A stretch of 64,000 bases of DNA from Polyangia bacterium (GTDB lineage Bacteria > Myxococcota_A > Polyangia > Fen-1088). Of the stretch, positions 37,239 to 46,593 are shown one piece after another. The DNA is taken from assembly GCA_045802645.1 (NCBI GenBank), contig JBJMQQ010000131.1, positions 2,050-66,049 of the forward strand. The letters are read 5' to 3'. The notes beneath the pieces were generated by a model. The model was not told the origin of the DNA. It was given only the letters and a program-made list of their open reading frames with translations, and did no database searches. How positions within the stretch are numbered: position 1 is the stretch's first letter; every line of letters begins with the position of its first letter. The position numbers and the translations under genes were made by a program.

Positions 37239-38546
37239 ATGAGCATCGACGGCGGCAGGCCCGGACCGGCGACCGCCCCGCGGCCCCTGGGTGGCTGGTC
37301 TTTGCTGGCGCTTGGGCTGAACGGCGTCATCGGCGTCGGCATCTTCTTCACGCCGGGGCTGGTGGCCGCGCTGGTCCCCGGGGTGCGTGGCGCGTGGGCC
37401 TACGGCTTGACGGCCGCGATCCTGGCTCCCGTGGCGATGGTCTACGCGACCCTCGGCCAGAGGTTCGACCGCGACGGCGGACCGTACGTGTGGGCGCGCG
37501 CGGCGTTCGGGATGCCCGCCGCGTTCGCGGTTGGTTGGACGGCCTACGTCTCGGCGATCCTGAGCACCGCGGCCGTGGTCGCGGGGGTGGGCCACTCGCT
37601 GGGCGCGCCGCTGGGACTGGGCCCGTCGGGCCAGCGTCTGCTGAGCCTGCTCGCCGGCGGCCTCTTGATGGCGGTGACCGCCTGCGGGTTGCAGCCGAGC
37701 GCGCGGATCTGGAACGCGCTCACGGTCGCCAAGCTCCTGCCGTTGCTGCTGCTGGTGGCGGCGTTTGCGTGGCGCGCGACGGAGCTGGCACCAGCCGCGC
37801 TGTCGCCAGTCCCCGAGAGCCACGACGGATGGGGGCGCGCCGTCTTGCTGGCCGTCTTCGCGCTACAGGGATTCGAGATCGTTCCGGTGCCGCGCGGACA
37901 CGCGCGCGACGGGGCGCGGGCCGTTCCGCTGGCGACGTTCGGGGCGCTCGCGCTGCCGGCGCTGCTTTACGCGGCCATCCAGCTGGCCTGCGTCCGGGCG
38001 GTCCCCGACCTGGCGGCCCGCGATGCGCCGCTGGCCGCGGCGGCCGCCGTGCTGGGCGGCCGTCAACTTGGGTGGGTCGTCTCGATCGGCACCGATGTGT
38101 CGGCGATCGGCATCGCGTTCGGGATGGCCGCGATGACGCCGCGCTACCTCGTCGCGTTGGCCCAGGACGAGACGCTTGGTCCCACGGTCGGTCGATGGCT
38201 GCGCGCGGAGTCGCGCGGGCAGGTGCCGGTGCGGGCCCTCGGCGTGACCGCGGTGCTGGTCGGCGTGCTCGTCGCTGGACGGGGGCTGGGCGGCCTCTTC
38301 GTCTTGTCGGGCCTGGCGGTGCTGGTCCAGTACGCGACCAGCGCGCTGGCGCTGTCCAAGTTGGCCTGGACGCGCGCGCTGGGTGTTCGCCGCCGCGACG
38401 TGGTGTGGGCGCCGCTATCGGCGGCAGCGGTGCTGTTCATGGTTCGCGCGGCGCAGCCGGGAGAGGTGGCGATCCTGGCCGGCGTGCTCGTGGCCGGGTT
38501 TGTGCTTCTCGCCGTCGGTCGACGCGCCTCGGCGTTTCGGGCCTGA
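37239..38546 (+). CDS. APC-family amino acid/polyamine permease
   Basis: 435 aa with 12 helices. The N-terminus LLALGLNGVIGVGIFFTPG is typical of the APC superfamily. Confidence 0.8.
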   Translation: MSIDGGRPGPATAPRPLGGWSLLALGLNGVIGVGIFFTPGLVAALVPGVRGAWAYGLTAAILAPVAMVYATLGQRFDRDGGPYVWARAAFGMPAAFAVGWTAYVSAILSTAAVVAGVGHSLGAPLGLGPSGQRLLSLLAGGLLMAVTACGLQPSARIWNALTVAKLLPLLLLVAAFAWRATELAPAALSPVPESHDGWGRAVLLAVFALQGFEIVPVPRGHARDGARAVPLATFGALALPALLYAAIQLACVRAVPDLAARDAPLAAAAAVLGGRQLGWVVSIGTDVSAIGIAFGMAAMTPRYLVALAQDETLGPTVGRWLRAESRGQVPVRALGVTAVLVGVLVAGRGLGGLFVLSGLAVLVQYATSALALSKLAWTRALGVRRRDVVWAPLSAAAVLFMVRAAQPGEVAILAGVLVAGFVLLAVGRRASAFRA

Positions 38547-38601
38547 AGCAGAGTCGGTCACAAATTCCGTTTTCGCGCCCCTTGTCTGATGAGGACATCG
38601 G

Positions 38602-39909
38602 ATGCGCGAAAAGAGGACTCTCACGTTCGCCGGGGCTGCGCTGGTTTTGCACCTCGCGTTGCTCGGATGTTCCCCGTCCAATCCTGCTGATCCGTCCGGC
38701 AGCGGCGGGCAAACGGCGACCGGCGGCACGAACACGGGCGGCGCCACGACCGCGACCGGCGGCTCGACGCCGGGCTCCGGGGGCGGAACCGGCGGACGCT
38801 CTGACACGGAGGGAACGGGTGGCGAACAGTCGAGCGGCGGAGCGAGCCCCGGTGGCAGCAACGGCAGAGGTGGCACTCCAGGCGCTGGCGGAACGGCCGG
38901 CGGCGGGGCCGGCGGGGGCGCCAGCGGCAGCGCGGGCACCGTCGGAACCGGCGGCGCCGGAGCGATCGGCGGCGGCACGTTGCCCGGAGACATCGCGGCC
39001 AGCGCAGGAACACCCCTGGTGGCGGCCCACAGCATGATTCGGGCGATGTACGCGGCCTACAACGGCAAGCTCTTTCAGGTCAGACGCTCCGACGGAAAAA
39101 CTCAGGACATCGGCCCGGCCAGCGCCGGCGGCAAGGTCGACGCGAGCGCATTGAGCACGTTCTGCGCGGCAAGTAGCTGCACGATCGCGGTGCTGTACGA
39201 CCAGAGCGGAAACGCAAACCACCTTCCGCAGACGGACGCGGCCAGCCAGATGTTGCTGCAGTACTACGCGACGCCGGGCGGCGCCCAGGTTCCCATGGCG
39301 GTGACGGTCAGCAAGCAGTACCTCAGGAACAGAACCAGCACGACCAAGATCCCGCTGGGCGCCGCAAGCCAGACCGAATACTTCGTCGTGAACACGAAGT
39401 TCTTCAATGAGAAGTGCTGCTGGGACTACGGCAACATGGAGCAGGTGGCCAAGGTCTCCAGCACCAACGGCCCCGGCAAGATGAGCGCGCTCAACATCGG
39501 CACCAGCGACAACGGCTACGCCAACCCGGGCGCTGGCTCCGGCCCGTGGGGAATGGTGGACTACGAAGCGGGCGTGTACTCCGGTGCCTATCGGATCGGG
39601 CAAGTGAATCCGAACAACCCTTCACTCACGTGGCCCATCGCCACGGTTTTGTCCAAGACCAACGGGACGACCACCTGGGTTCTGAAGGTCGGTGACGCAG
39701 CCAACGGGACGCTCATCACCGCGTGGAACGGCGCGCTGCCTCCCGGCTACAACCCCCTCAAACAAGAGGGTGGCCTGTCGCTGGGCGAAGGCGGTGACGG
39801 CTCCAAGCTGGGAACCGGTGCGTTCTTCGAAGGGGTCGTCATCGCGGACGTGACCAGCGACGCAACCGATGCGGCCATCCAGGCCGGCTTGATGACGATC
39901 TTCAAGTAG
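38602..39909 (+). CDS. lipoprotein with GH54-like (alpha-L-arabinofuranosidase B catalytic) domain
   Basis: Lipobox LALLGC and a Gly-rich tether. The domain aligns by eye to fungal AbfB: TPLVAAHSMIRAMY, GGKVDASALSTFCA...CTIAVLYDQSGNANHL, KCCWDYGNME, GSGPWGMVDYE, GYNPLKQEGGLSLGEGGDGS...GAFFEGV. Confidence 0.7.
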   Translation: MREKRTLTFAGAALVLHLALLGCSPSNPADPSGSGGQTATGGTNTGGATTATGGSTPGSGGGTGGRSDTEGTGGEQSSGGASPGGSNGRGGTPGAGGTAGGGAGGGASGSAGTVGTGGAGAIGGGTLPGDIAASAGTPLVAAHSMIRAMYAAYNGKLFQVRRSDGKTQDIGPASAGGKVDASALSTFCAASSCTIAVLYDQSGNANHLPQTDAASQMLLQYYATPGGAQVPMAVTVSKQYLRNRTSTTKIPLGAASQTEYFVVNTKFFNEKCCWDYGNMEQVAKVSSTNGPGKMSALNIGTSDNGYANPGAGSGPWGMVDYEAGVYSGAYRIGQVNPNNPSLTWPIATVLSKTNGTTTWVLKVGDAANGTLITAWNGALPPGYNPLKQEGGLSLGEGGDGSKLGTGAFFEGVVIADVTSDATDAAIQAGLMTIFK

Positions 39910-39918
39910 GCCGCCGTC

Positions 39919-40989
39919 TCAGGGCAGGCAGTTGACGCGCTTGGTGTCGAGCACGATGTCGTCGTAGTAGACGTCGAACGCGTAGGTCGCCGGGTGCCAT
40001 ATGTAAAACCCGAACCCGAAGTCGCTGAACCCGCCGACCTGACCGCTGGTCTTGCCGCCCAGTGAGATGGGGGTGAAGGAGAAGTCCTCCTTGCCGTCGA
40101 CGAACACGCGGGCCAGGTCGGGCGTGTCGTTGAACTCCCACTCGAGGCAGATCCACTTCTTCACGGGCAGCGTTCCACCCATCGAGTAGGTCTCGGTCGT
40201 CCCTGACGTGGCCGCCGCGCTGGACGTGATGCCGGTTTGATCCACCGACGTGAGCTGCCAGCCGGACTCGTAGCTCGCCACCTCCAGCCGCTTGAACTTC
40301 GGAAACCCCGATGACCCGGCCCACAACAACGTCATGTGCTGCGCGGGGGGCATCGGCGTGATGTAGAAGTAGGCCCGCCCGAAGTGATGCCCGGCAAGGG
40401 CAGCCGGGGCGTTCTTGGTGATGATGAGGTCGTAGCTGAGGATGTTTGGAAGCGCATGGAATTGAGCCGCGTACGTCCCGTGGGCTGCCATCCCCTTCTG
40501 AACGACCACCGTCTGCCCGCCGAAGGTCTGGACGTTCCAGACCGCGGGATCCAGCTTGCCGCTCTCGAAGTCCTCGCAGAAGAGCCCTGCGCATGCGCCG
40601 GGCGGGGTGCCGCCGTCGGTCGGTGAGCCTCCCGCCCCTGGCGGCGCGCCGCCGCGGCCGCCGGACGCGCCCTGCCCTGCGGCGCCCCCCGTCCCGCGCG
40701 TTCCAGCTGCGCCGGTGCCGCCGCTCGCCGCGCCTCCAGTCGCCGTCGCGCCGGTTCCGATGACGCCGCCCGTTCCACCGGCGCCGCCAGCGATCCCGCC
40801 CCCTCCGCTACCGCCGCTTTGGGTCGCCCCCCCGCTACCCGACGATGCCGGCTGACCTCCCGCGCCGCCGGTTCCAGGGCCGGGGGGCCCGCCGCCCGAC
40901 GACGCGCAAGCCGCGCCTGCCACAGAAACCGCGAACAGGACGGCCATGCGAACACGCGCGCGGGGCCGGGGCTTCTGCTGCTGGATCAT
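39919..40989 (-). CDS. secreted concanavalin A-like jelly-roll protein with Gly-rich tether
   Basis: ATG at 40989 (MIQQQKPRPRARVRMAVLFAVSVAGAAC). A 110-aa Gly-rich region is followed by CAGLFCEDFESGKLDPAVWNV... and a C-terminal FDVYYDDIVLD, typical of lectin/glucanase-fold domains. Confidence 0.5.
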   Translation of the reverse strand: MIQQQKPRPRARVRMAVLFAVSVAGAACASSGGGPPGPGTGGAGGQPASSGSGGATQSGGSGGGGIAGGAGGTGGVIGTGATATGGAASGGTGAAGTRGTGGAAGQGASGGRGGAPPGAGGSPTDGGTPPGACAGLFCEDFESGKLDPAVWNVQTFGGQTVVVQKGMAAHGTYAAQFHALPNILSYDLIITKNAPAALAGHHFGRAYFYITPMPPAQHMTLLWAGSSGFPKFKRLEVASYESGWQLTSVDQTGITSSAAATSGTTETYSMGGTLPVKKWICLEWEFNDTPDLARVFVDGKEDFSFTPISLGGKTSGQVGGFSDFGFGFYIWHPATYAFDVYYDDIVLDTKRVNCLP

Positions 40990-41028
40990 GGAGCGTATAG
41001 GGGGGCAAGCACGGCAAGTGCTGCCCAC

Positions 41029-42660
41029 TCACACGCCCGCCTGCTGATTGTCGGCCGCAAGCGCCGGAAACTGCGCGAAGAACCGCCGCAGGTGCTCCTT
41101 GCGCGGCTCCGGCAGGTAATCGAAGTTCGCGCCGCGGTCGACGACCTCCCAGAAATCCTTGGCGGTGACGGCCAGCATCTCGTCGCGAATGGACCGCAGA
41201 CGTTCGGGCGATTCGCCGGCCATGTCGTCGAAGATGGCCTGCGCCCGCGCCGACTCGCCCATCGACAGGTAGTACGAAGCCAGCTTGGCCTGCGCCTTGC
41301 GGACCCCGCGCAGCGCGCGCTCTTCGTCGGGCGTCTCGGGCGCGTCGTCGATCTGCAGGAAGATCTGCAGCAGCCGGTCCTGGCAGTCGGACTGGTAGAC
41401 GCTGGCGACCTCGCACAGCGCGCACAGGTCGTAGGCGGCGGTCTCCGTCACGAACCCCATACCGTTACCGTGCGCCAGTCGGGCGTAGTACTTGAAGTGA
41501 CCCGCAACCTCGACCAGCGTCGTGCTGGACCAGCGGTCGGCGTCTTCGGGCGCCGCCAGCAGCGCTTCGGCCAGCTGCCGGTACTGGTTGAGAACGTTGT
41601 AGGCGGTCCGCACGTCGCGCGCATTCAGCGCCGCGCGCAGATAGGTGTTCATGAACTTCACGGTCATCACGAACACGTCGCGGTTACCCGCCGACAACGC
41701 CGCCTCGCCGACGTAGCGCGTGTCGATCGTGACGACGTGCGCCATCTCGGGCAGGCTGGACAGCGCCGCGCCGAACACCTCGCGCACCTGCCGCAGCCCT
41801 TTCCATTCCAGCCAGGTGCGGTTCCGTGCCAGCTCTTCCAGCGAGTCGTCGGCCAGCGCGACGAAGTCGGGATCGGCCTGCAGCGGCGCGCCGATCGCGA
41901 ACCATTCTGGCTGCAGCGTCTCCTTCCTGGTCTGGTAATCGACCAGCAGGCGGCGCAGCGCGGCCGACGCGTCGGAGGCGATCACCTTGTCCTTCTGCCC
42001 CATCGCGTTCACGGCGATGTCCGCGAGGTGAGCCAGGCCGCTGACCGCCTGCGACTGCCGGTCGCTGAACGTGCGCCGGCGGGCACCCGCGTCGGTCGAG
42101 GTCGCGCGATCCAGCGTCTGCTGGCCGATTCGCGCGATCACCTTCTCGGGGTCCAGGAAGTCGAACACGTAGGCGAAGTACGGGACCAGCAGCAGCAGGC
42201 TGGCCGAAGACATGACCACGGTCAGCGTCACCGTCGCCTGGGGGACGTAGTCGTTGCGGACCACGAAGCTGACCCACACGGACTCGACGCACGCGACGAC
42301 GAAGAAGCCCATCACGCCGATGTTGATCCGGTCGCGGAAGAACAGGTCCGCCACGCGCGGCGTATAGCGGGTCGCCGCCAGCTGCACGACGATCGACACG
42401 ACGGTGATGGCGATGCCCAGCACCGACGCAATGACCTGCGACAGACTGCCCAGCGCGTTCTGCATCGTCTGCGCGTCGTAGTCGAACAGCTGCCCGACCG
42501 GGCCTTCCTTGCGGTGCGCGGCGCCTGCGTCGACGAGGAAGTAGTCGATGAGCCAGAACGCCGCGAACAGCGCCACCGCGAAGACGGTCAGTGCGCCCAG
42601 GATCGCCAGCGAACGGTGTCGGCCCACCGGACGCGCGACCGGAGCGGCCTGGGGCGGCAT
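41029..42660 (-). CDS. membrane protein with large cytoplasmic domain (DUF2254-like by recollection)
   Basis: ATG at 42660 (MPPQAAPVARPVGRHRSLAILGALTVFAVALFAAFW). Four N-terminal helices are followed by an about 350-aa soluble alpha-helical region. Confidence 0.5.
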   Translation of the reverse strand: MPPQAAPVARPVGRHRSLAILGALTVFAVALFAAFWLIDYFLVDAGAAHRKEGPVGQLFDYDAQTMQNALGSLSQVIASVLGIAITVVSIVVQLAATRYTPRVADLFFRDRINIGVMGFFVVACVESVWVSFVVRNDYVPQATVTLTVVMSSASLLLLVPYFAYVFDFLDPEKVIARIGQQTLDRATSTDAGARRRTFSDRQSQAVSGLAHLADIAVNAMGQKDKVIASDASAALRRLLVDYQTRKETLQPEWFAIGAPLQADPDFVALADDSLEELARNRTWLEWKGLRQVREVFGAALSSLPEMAHVVTIDTRYVGEAALSAGNRDVFVMTVKFMNTYLRAALNARDVRTAYNVLNQYRQLAEALLAAPEDADRWSSTTLVEVAGHFKYYARLAHGNGMGFVTETAAYDLCALCEVASVYQSDCQDRLLQIFLQIDDAPETPDEERALRGVRKAQAKLASYYLSMGESARAQAIFDDMAGESPERLRSIRDEMLAVTAKDFWEVVDRGANFDYLPEPRKEHLRRFFAQFPALAADNQQAGV

Positions 42661-42684
42661 GGAGGCGCATGTTACCCTAGAGGG

Positions 42685-43488
42685 ATGCCTCCCAACGAGG
42701 CCGAGCTCCTTCTGGCCGTCGACGTCGGCAACACGAACGTGTCGCTGGGCCTGTACGCGCTGCCGCGCGGGGCTCGCCGCGTCTTGCGCGCCGACTGGCG
42801 GCTCGAGACGCGCGCCGCGCGCACCGCCGACGAGTACGCGGCGCTGCTGGCCGAGCTGTTCCGTCGCGCCGGATTCGACCTGGACGACGTCAACGCGGTC
42901 GCGATCTCGTCGGTGGTTCCCCCGGCGCTGGCGCCGCTGGAGCGCCTGTGCCAGAAGCACCTGAAGGTCGAGCCGTTGATCGTCGGCCCCGGCATGAAGA
43001 CCGGCGTCCCGGTCCTGTATGAAAACCCGCGTGAGGTTGGCGCCGATCGAATCGTGAACGCGGTCGCCGCTTACGCGCGTTGGCCCCAGGGCGCCATCGT
43101 GGTCGACTTCGGCACCGCGACGACGTTCGACGTCGTCACCGCGCGCGGCGAGTACGCGGGCGGGGTCATCGCGCCCGGGCTCACCGTGTCGGCGGACGCG
43201 CTTTACTCCGCGACCGCCAAGTTGCCGCGCGTCGAGATCGCGCGCCCAGCCACCGCCATCGGGCGCAACACCGTGGCCAGCATGCAGGCGGGCCTGGTGT
43301 TCGGGTACGCCGGGCTGGTGGACGCGATCGTCGACCGCATCCGGGCCGAGATCGACTTCGCCCCGCGCATCGTGGGGACCGGCGGTCTGGCCAGGCTGAT
43401 CGCGGGCGAGAGCCGCACGATTGAAGAGTGTGACGACATGCTGACGCTGGAAGGCCTGGCCATTCTGTACGAGCGCAACGCGCGATGA
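42685..43488 (+). CDS. coaX: type III pantothenate kinase
   Basis: LLLAVDVGNTNVSLGLY, ENPREVGADRIVNAVAA, AIVVDFGTATTFDVV and IVGTGGLA are CoaX hallmarks. Confidence 0.9.
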   Translation: MPPNEAELLLAVDVGNTNVSLGLYALPRGARRVLRADWRLETRAARTADEYAALLAELFRRAGFDLDDVNAVAISSVVPPALAPLERLCQKHLKVEPLIVGPGMKTGVPVLYENPREVGADRIVNAVAAYARWPQGAIVVDFGTATTFDVVTARGEYAGGVIAPGLTVSADALYSATAKLPRVEIARPATAIGRNTVASMQAGLVFGYAGLVDAIVDRIRAEIDFAPRIVGTGGLARLIAGESRTIEECDDMLTLEGLAILYERNAR

Positions 43489-44567
43489 GCACCCCGCACA
43501 CGCAGACAGTCCGCGGGTTCCCGGCCCGCGTCGGGCAGATCCTGGTCGCGCCGCGCGACGCGCTGGCACGCATCGACGTGACCGGCGGCGGGCTGCGCGA
43601 CGCGATCCTGCTGGTGGTGCTGGGGGTCATCACGGTCCGGCTGCCCGAGCTGCTGCGCGCCATCCTGATGGTCGCCGGGCCGGCCACCGGCGCGCTGATG
43701 CGCGTCGCCGGCTTGATGATCGACGAGGTTCGGCAGGGGGCGTGGGTCGTGTTGCCCGCCGCCATCATCGTCACGGCGACGGCCGGCGCGCGCCGCGATT
43801 CCACCCGCGACCTGGACCTGGGCGCCGCCTGCTACGCGCCCTACTTCGCGGTGCATGCGCTGGCCCGGCTCATCGACGCCATCGCCGGCATGCAGGTCGT
43901 CTCGGACAAGATCGTGCAATCGGTGGGCGCGATCGCGGCCGCCTTCGTGCTGGTTCCCGCCGTCCGCCTCGCGCGCAGCCGGCCCGCAGCCGACGCCCCG
44001 CCCGCGCCGGAGACGCGGCCCATACCCGCCGGTGCGGCCCGGCGGGCGGGAGCGGGCGTTTTGGCCCTGGCCTGCGCGGCGATGATCGCGAACGTGGTCT
44101 GGTCGGCGCGCCACTTCGACGCGCTCTTGCCGATTCGACAGGGCGAGGCCGCCCCCGCGTTCGCGCTGCCGCGAATCGACAGCCCCGCCGAGAACCTGAC
44201 GCTGGAGTCGTTCCACGGGCAGGTGGTGGTGCTCGACTTCTGGGCGACCTGGTGCTCGCCGTGCGTCGCCATGCTGCCCGTCATGGACGCGGTGCACGCC
44301 ACCTGGGCGCCCCGCGGCGTCGGGTTCGTGGGCGTGAACTCGGACGGAGGCGGCGCGACCCCGGCCGAAATTCGGGCGTTCATGTCGGCCCACCACATCC
44401 CGTACCCGGTGGTGGTCGACGACGGCCGCGTCGGCGAGCTCTACAAAGTCGAGGCCCTCCCGACGCTGGTCGTGATCGGCCGCGACGGTCACATCCACAC
44501 CAGCTTCGTCGGGTTCACCTCGCAGCGAACGCTGGAAAAGGCCATCGGCGAGGCCGAAGGCGGGTAG
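43485..44567 (+). CDS. membrane-fused TlpA/ResA-type thiol:disulfide oxidoreductase (N-terminal Yip1-like multi-pass domain + thioredoxin domain)
   Basis: The ATG overlaps the coaX stop (ATGA). About 190 aa of hydrophobic helices are followed by GQVVVLDFWATWCSPCVAMLP (WCxxC) and ...YKVEALPTLVVIGRDG. Confidence 0.8.
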   Translation: MSTPHTQTVRGFPARVGQILVAPRDALARIDVTGGGLRDAILLVVLGVITVRLPELLRAILMVAGPATGALMRVAGLMIDEVRQGAWVVLPAAIIVTATAGARRDSTRDLDLGAACYAPYFAVHALARLIDAIAGMQVVSDKIVQSVGAIAAAFVLVPAVRLARSRPAADAPPAPETRPIPAGAARRAGAGVLALACAAMIANVVWSARHFDALLPIRQGEAAPAFALPRIDSPAENLTLESFHGQVVVLDFWATWCSPCVAMLPVMDAVHATWAPRGVGFVGVNSDGGGATPAEIRAFMSAHHIPYPVVVDDGRVGELYKVEALPTLVVIGRDGHIHTSFVGFTSQRTLEKAIGEAEGG

Positions 44568-44600
44568 AACGCCGGTTAGAACGCCGGTTAGCACGCGGTT
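44565..44600 (+). promoter_or_regulatory. three tandem 12-bp direct repeats (TAGAACGCCGGT x2, TAGCACGCGGTT) upstream of the first Cys-rich lipoprotein gene
   Basis: Read directly from the sequence. The first repeat starts on the TlpA stop codon. The third repeat overlaps a sigma54-like TAGCACG-N4-TTGCA (44589-44604). Confidence 0.4.
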
Positions 44601-44618
44601 TGCAGCCCCACAGGGACG

Positions 44619-45245
44619 ATGACGAACCTCCTCGGCACGTCGAGCGTATGTTTGGCGTTCGTCATCGCCGGCTGCACCGCCAACCTGACCAGCCGCGATG
44701 CCAGCCCGGACACGCAGCCCGTCGTGACGGCCGCCGGCGGCTGCTCCGGGACGGCAAAGCTCGGCGGCACCAACGTTCCTGCGGAGCACCGCGCGACGGC
44801 CGCCGCATGCGCGCCCTCGCGAAATCCGTTCGCAGACGGCGGGTTTGCGTCCTGCAGCTCGAACGCCGATTGTGCCTCTGACGGCAGCGCGGCGGCGTTC
44901 TCGACGTGCCTTCATGGCTCCTGCACGTTCGACCACTGCCTGACCGACGCCGATTGCGGCTCCAAACAGGTCTGCGCCTGTTCGTCGGACTACTACGGCG
45001 GCAACGCCGCGTTCCATGGGAACGTGTGCGTGCCTGGAAACTGTCACGTCGACGGCGACTGCGGCGCGGGCGGGTACTGCTCGCCGAGCCGCGGCTACTG
45101 CGGCGCGTTCCAGGGCTTTTACTGCCACACGTCGAAGGACACCTGTCTCGACGGGGCGAAGGACTGCGGAACGTGCGGGAACGCGTGCGTGTACGCACCG
45201 ACCACCGGTGCCTTCATGTGCGCATCGGTGATCTGCGCCGGATGA
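44619..45245 (+). CDS. 22-Cys lipoprotein, paralogue 1
   Basis: Lipobox AFVIAGC. Conserved VPAEHR, CSSNADC, CLHGSC, CLTDADC, NCHVDGDCGAGGYCS, DTC, APTTGAFMC. Confidence 0.7.
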   Translation: MTNLLGTSSVCLAFVIAGCTANLTSRDASPDTQPVVTAAGGCSGTAKLGGTNVPAEHRATAAACAPSRNPFADGGFASCSSNADCASDGSAAAFSTCLHGSCTFDHCLTDADCGSKQVCACSSDYYGGNAAFHGNVCVPGNCHVDGDCGAGGYCSPSRGYCGAFQGFYCHTSKDTCLDGAKDCGTCGNACVYAPTTGAFMCASVICAG

Positions 45246-45264
45246 ACGGGATCGGGCTGTCACG

Positions 45265-46578
45265 GTGCCTCAGAAATTCGAGATCCTCCGCCTCGTCGTT
45301 GGGCGGATCGCCTTCTTTGGGCTGCTCCTCGGCGCCTGCCACCGCTCGGCGAACACGACGGCGTACCTGACCGGCGGCCCCGCGGCGCGGCAGGCGCTGG
45401 AGGCGTCGGTCGTCAACCCGGGGAACGCCTACTCCACGCTGCGCCTCTCGCGCTATCAGACGGGAGATCCCGGCGACTGGGCCCGCCTGCCGGCGTTCAA
45501 CCCGCCGACTGAGCCGATCGCGGCAAGCGAGCTGGACCAGCCCGCCGGTGCGTCTCCGACCGCGCTGTCCGCGGCGGCCGCGCCGCTGGCGCTGCCCGCC
45601 GAGGGCACCTCCCTGGACGACGACGCGCTGGTGGCGCTGGGGCGGCAGGCATTCGCGCGCTATCCGACCCAGGTGGCCGCCTACATGCGTGTGGCGCTGA
45701 TCTCGCGGTCGGCCGCCGCACGGTACGGGCTGTGGGTCGATCAGGCGGGCGGCGTCGGGGGATTGGTGCGGGCGCGCATGCCTGACGGATCGGTCTGGCT
45801 GTCGGTGACCTGCGCGACGTGCCACACCGCCCGTGGTGGCGACGGCAGCCTGGTGGACGGCTTGCCGAACGCGGCGCTGGACGTGGGGCGGGCCCTCCTG
45901 GAGTCGCAAGGCATCGCGCCCGGGATGTCCGCGGATCCGCGGGCAGCGTGGGGACCCGGGCGGCTGGACGTATCGACGACCGCCGGGACCGAGCCCGCCC
46001 GTATCCCCGACCTGCGCCCCGTGCGCTGGCTGACCCACCTGCACCAGGACGCCACGCTGCGCGGCTCCGATCCGGTCACGCTGGCGATCCGCCTGGAGAC
46101 GCTGATCATCACCGCCAACAGCCAGACGATCCGGCCACCCCGGATCGTGACGCTGGCCCTGGCGGCCTACGTGCGGTCGCTGGGGGACAGACTACCGGCG
46201 CCTGACGCGGCGGCCGCGGCGTCGCCAGCCGGTGCGGCGGTTTTCGGCGCGTCGTGCGCGGACTGCCACGCCGCACCCGGATTCACGGGCGCGCCGGTGG
46301 CGCTTGGCGCGATCGGGACGGACCCGACGCTGGGACGCTCGGCTGACCGCGGGACAGGCACGTATCGGGTCCCGTCGCTGCGCGGGGTAGGCACGCGGGG
46401 GCCGCTGCTTCACGACGGCACGATCCCGTCATTGTCCGCGCTGTTCGACCCCGCGCGCCTCTCACCCGCGTTCGGGGGTCGCCTGCACGGGACCGGTCCC
46501 GTTCGCGGCCACACGTACGGTCTCGCGCTGCCGGATGCAGATCGGCAAGCGCTGGTCAGTTACTTGCAACAGCTGTGA
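45265..46578 (+). CDS. di-haem cytochrome c peroxidase/MauG-superfamily lipoprotein
   Basis: Lipobox LLLGAC. Two CxxCH sites (CATCH, CADCH). C-terminal YRVPSLRGVGTRGPLLHDGTIPSL resembles the CCP/MauG (F/Y)xVPSLRNV...HDG motif. Confidence 0.7.
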   Translation: MPQKFEILRLVVGRIAFFGLLLGACHRSANTTAYLTGGPAARQALEASVVNPGNAYSTLRLSRYQTGDPGDWARLPAFNPPTEPIAASELDQPAGASPTALSAAAAPLALPAEGTSLDDDALVALGRQAFARYPTQVAAYMRVALISRSAAARYGLWVDQAGGVGGLVRARMPDGSVWLSVTCATCHTARGGDGSLVDGLPNAALDVGRALLESQGIAPGMSADPRAAWGPGRLDVSTTAGTEPARIPDLRPVRWLTHLHQDATLRGSDPVTLAIRLETLIITANSQTIRPPRIVTLALAAYVRSLGDRLPAPDAAAAASPAGAAVFGASCADCHAAPGFTGAPVALGAIGTDPTLGRSADRGTGTYRVPSLRGVGTRGPLLHDGTIPSLSALFDPARLSPAFGGRLHGTGPVRGHTYGLALPDADRQALVSYLQQL

Positions 46579-46593
46579 CGGGAGAAAAACGCG

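Noticed and set aside
40819-43569. 889-aa plus-strand and 846-aa minus-strand run-on ORFs
   Set aside because: Each contains one real gene at its 3-prime end (coaX from 42685, the membrane protein from 42660). The remainder is antisense nonsense.
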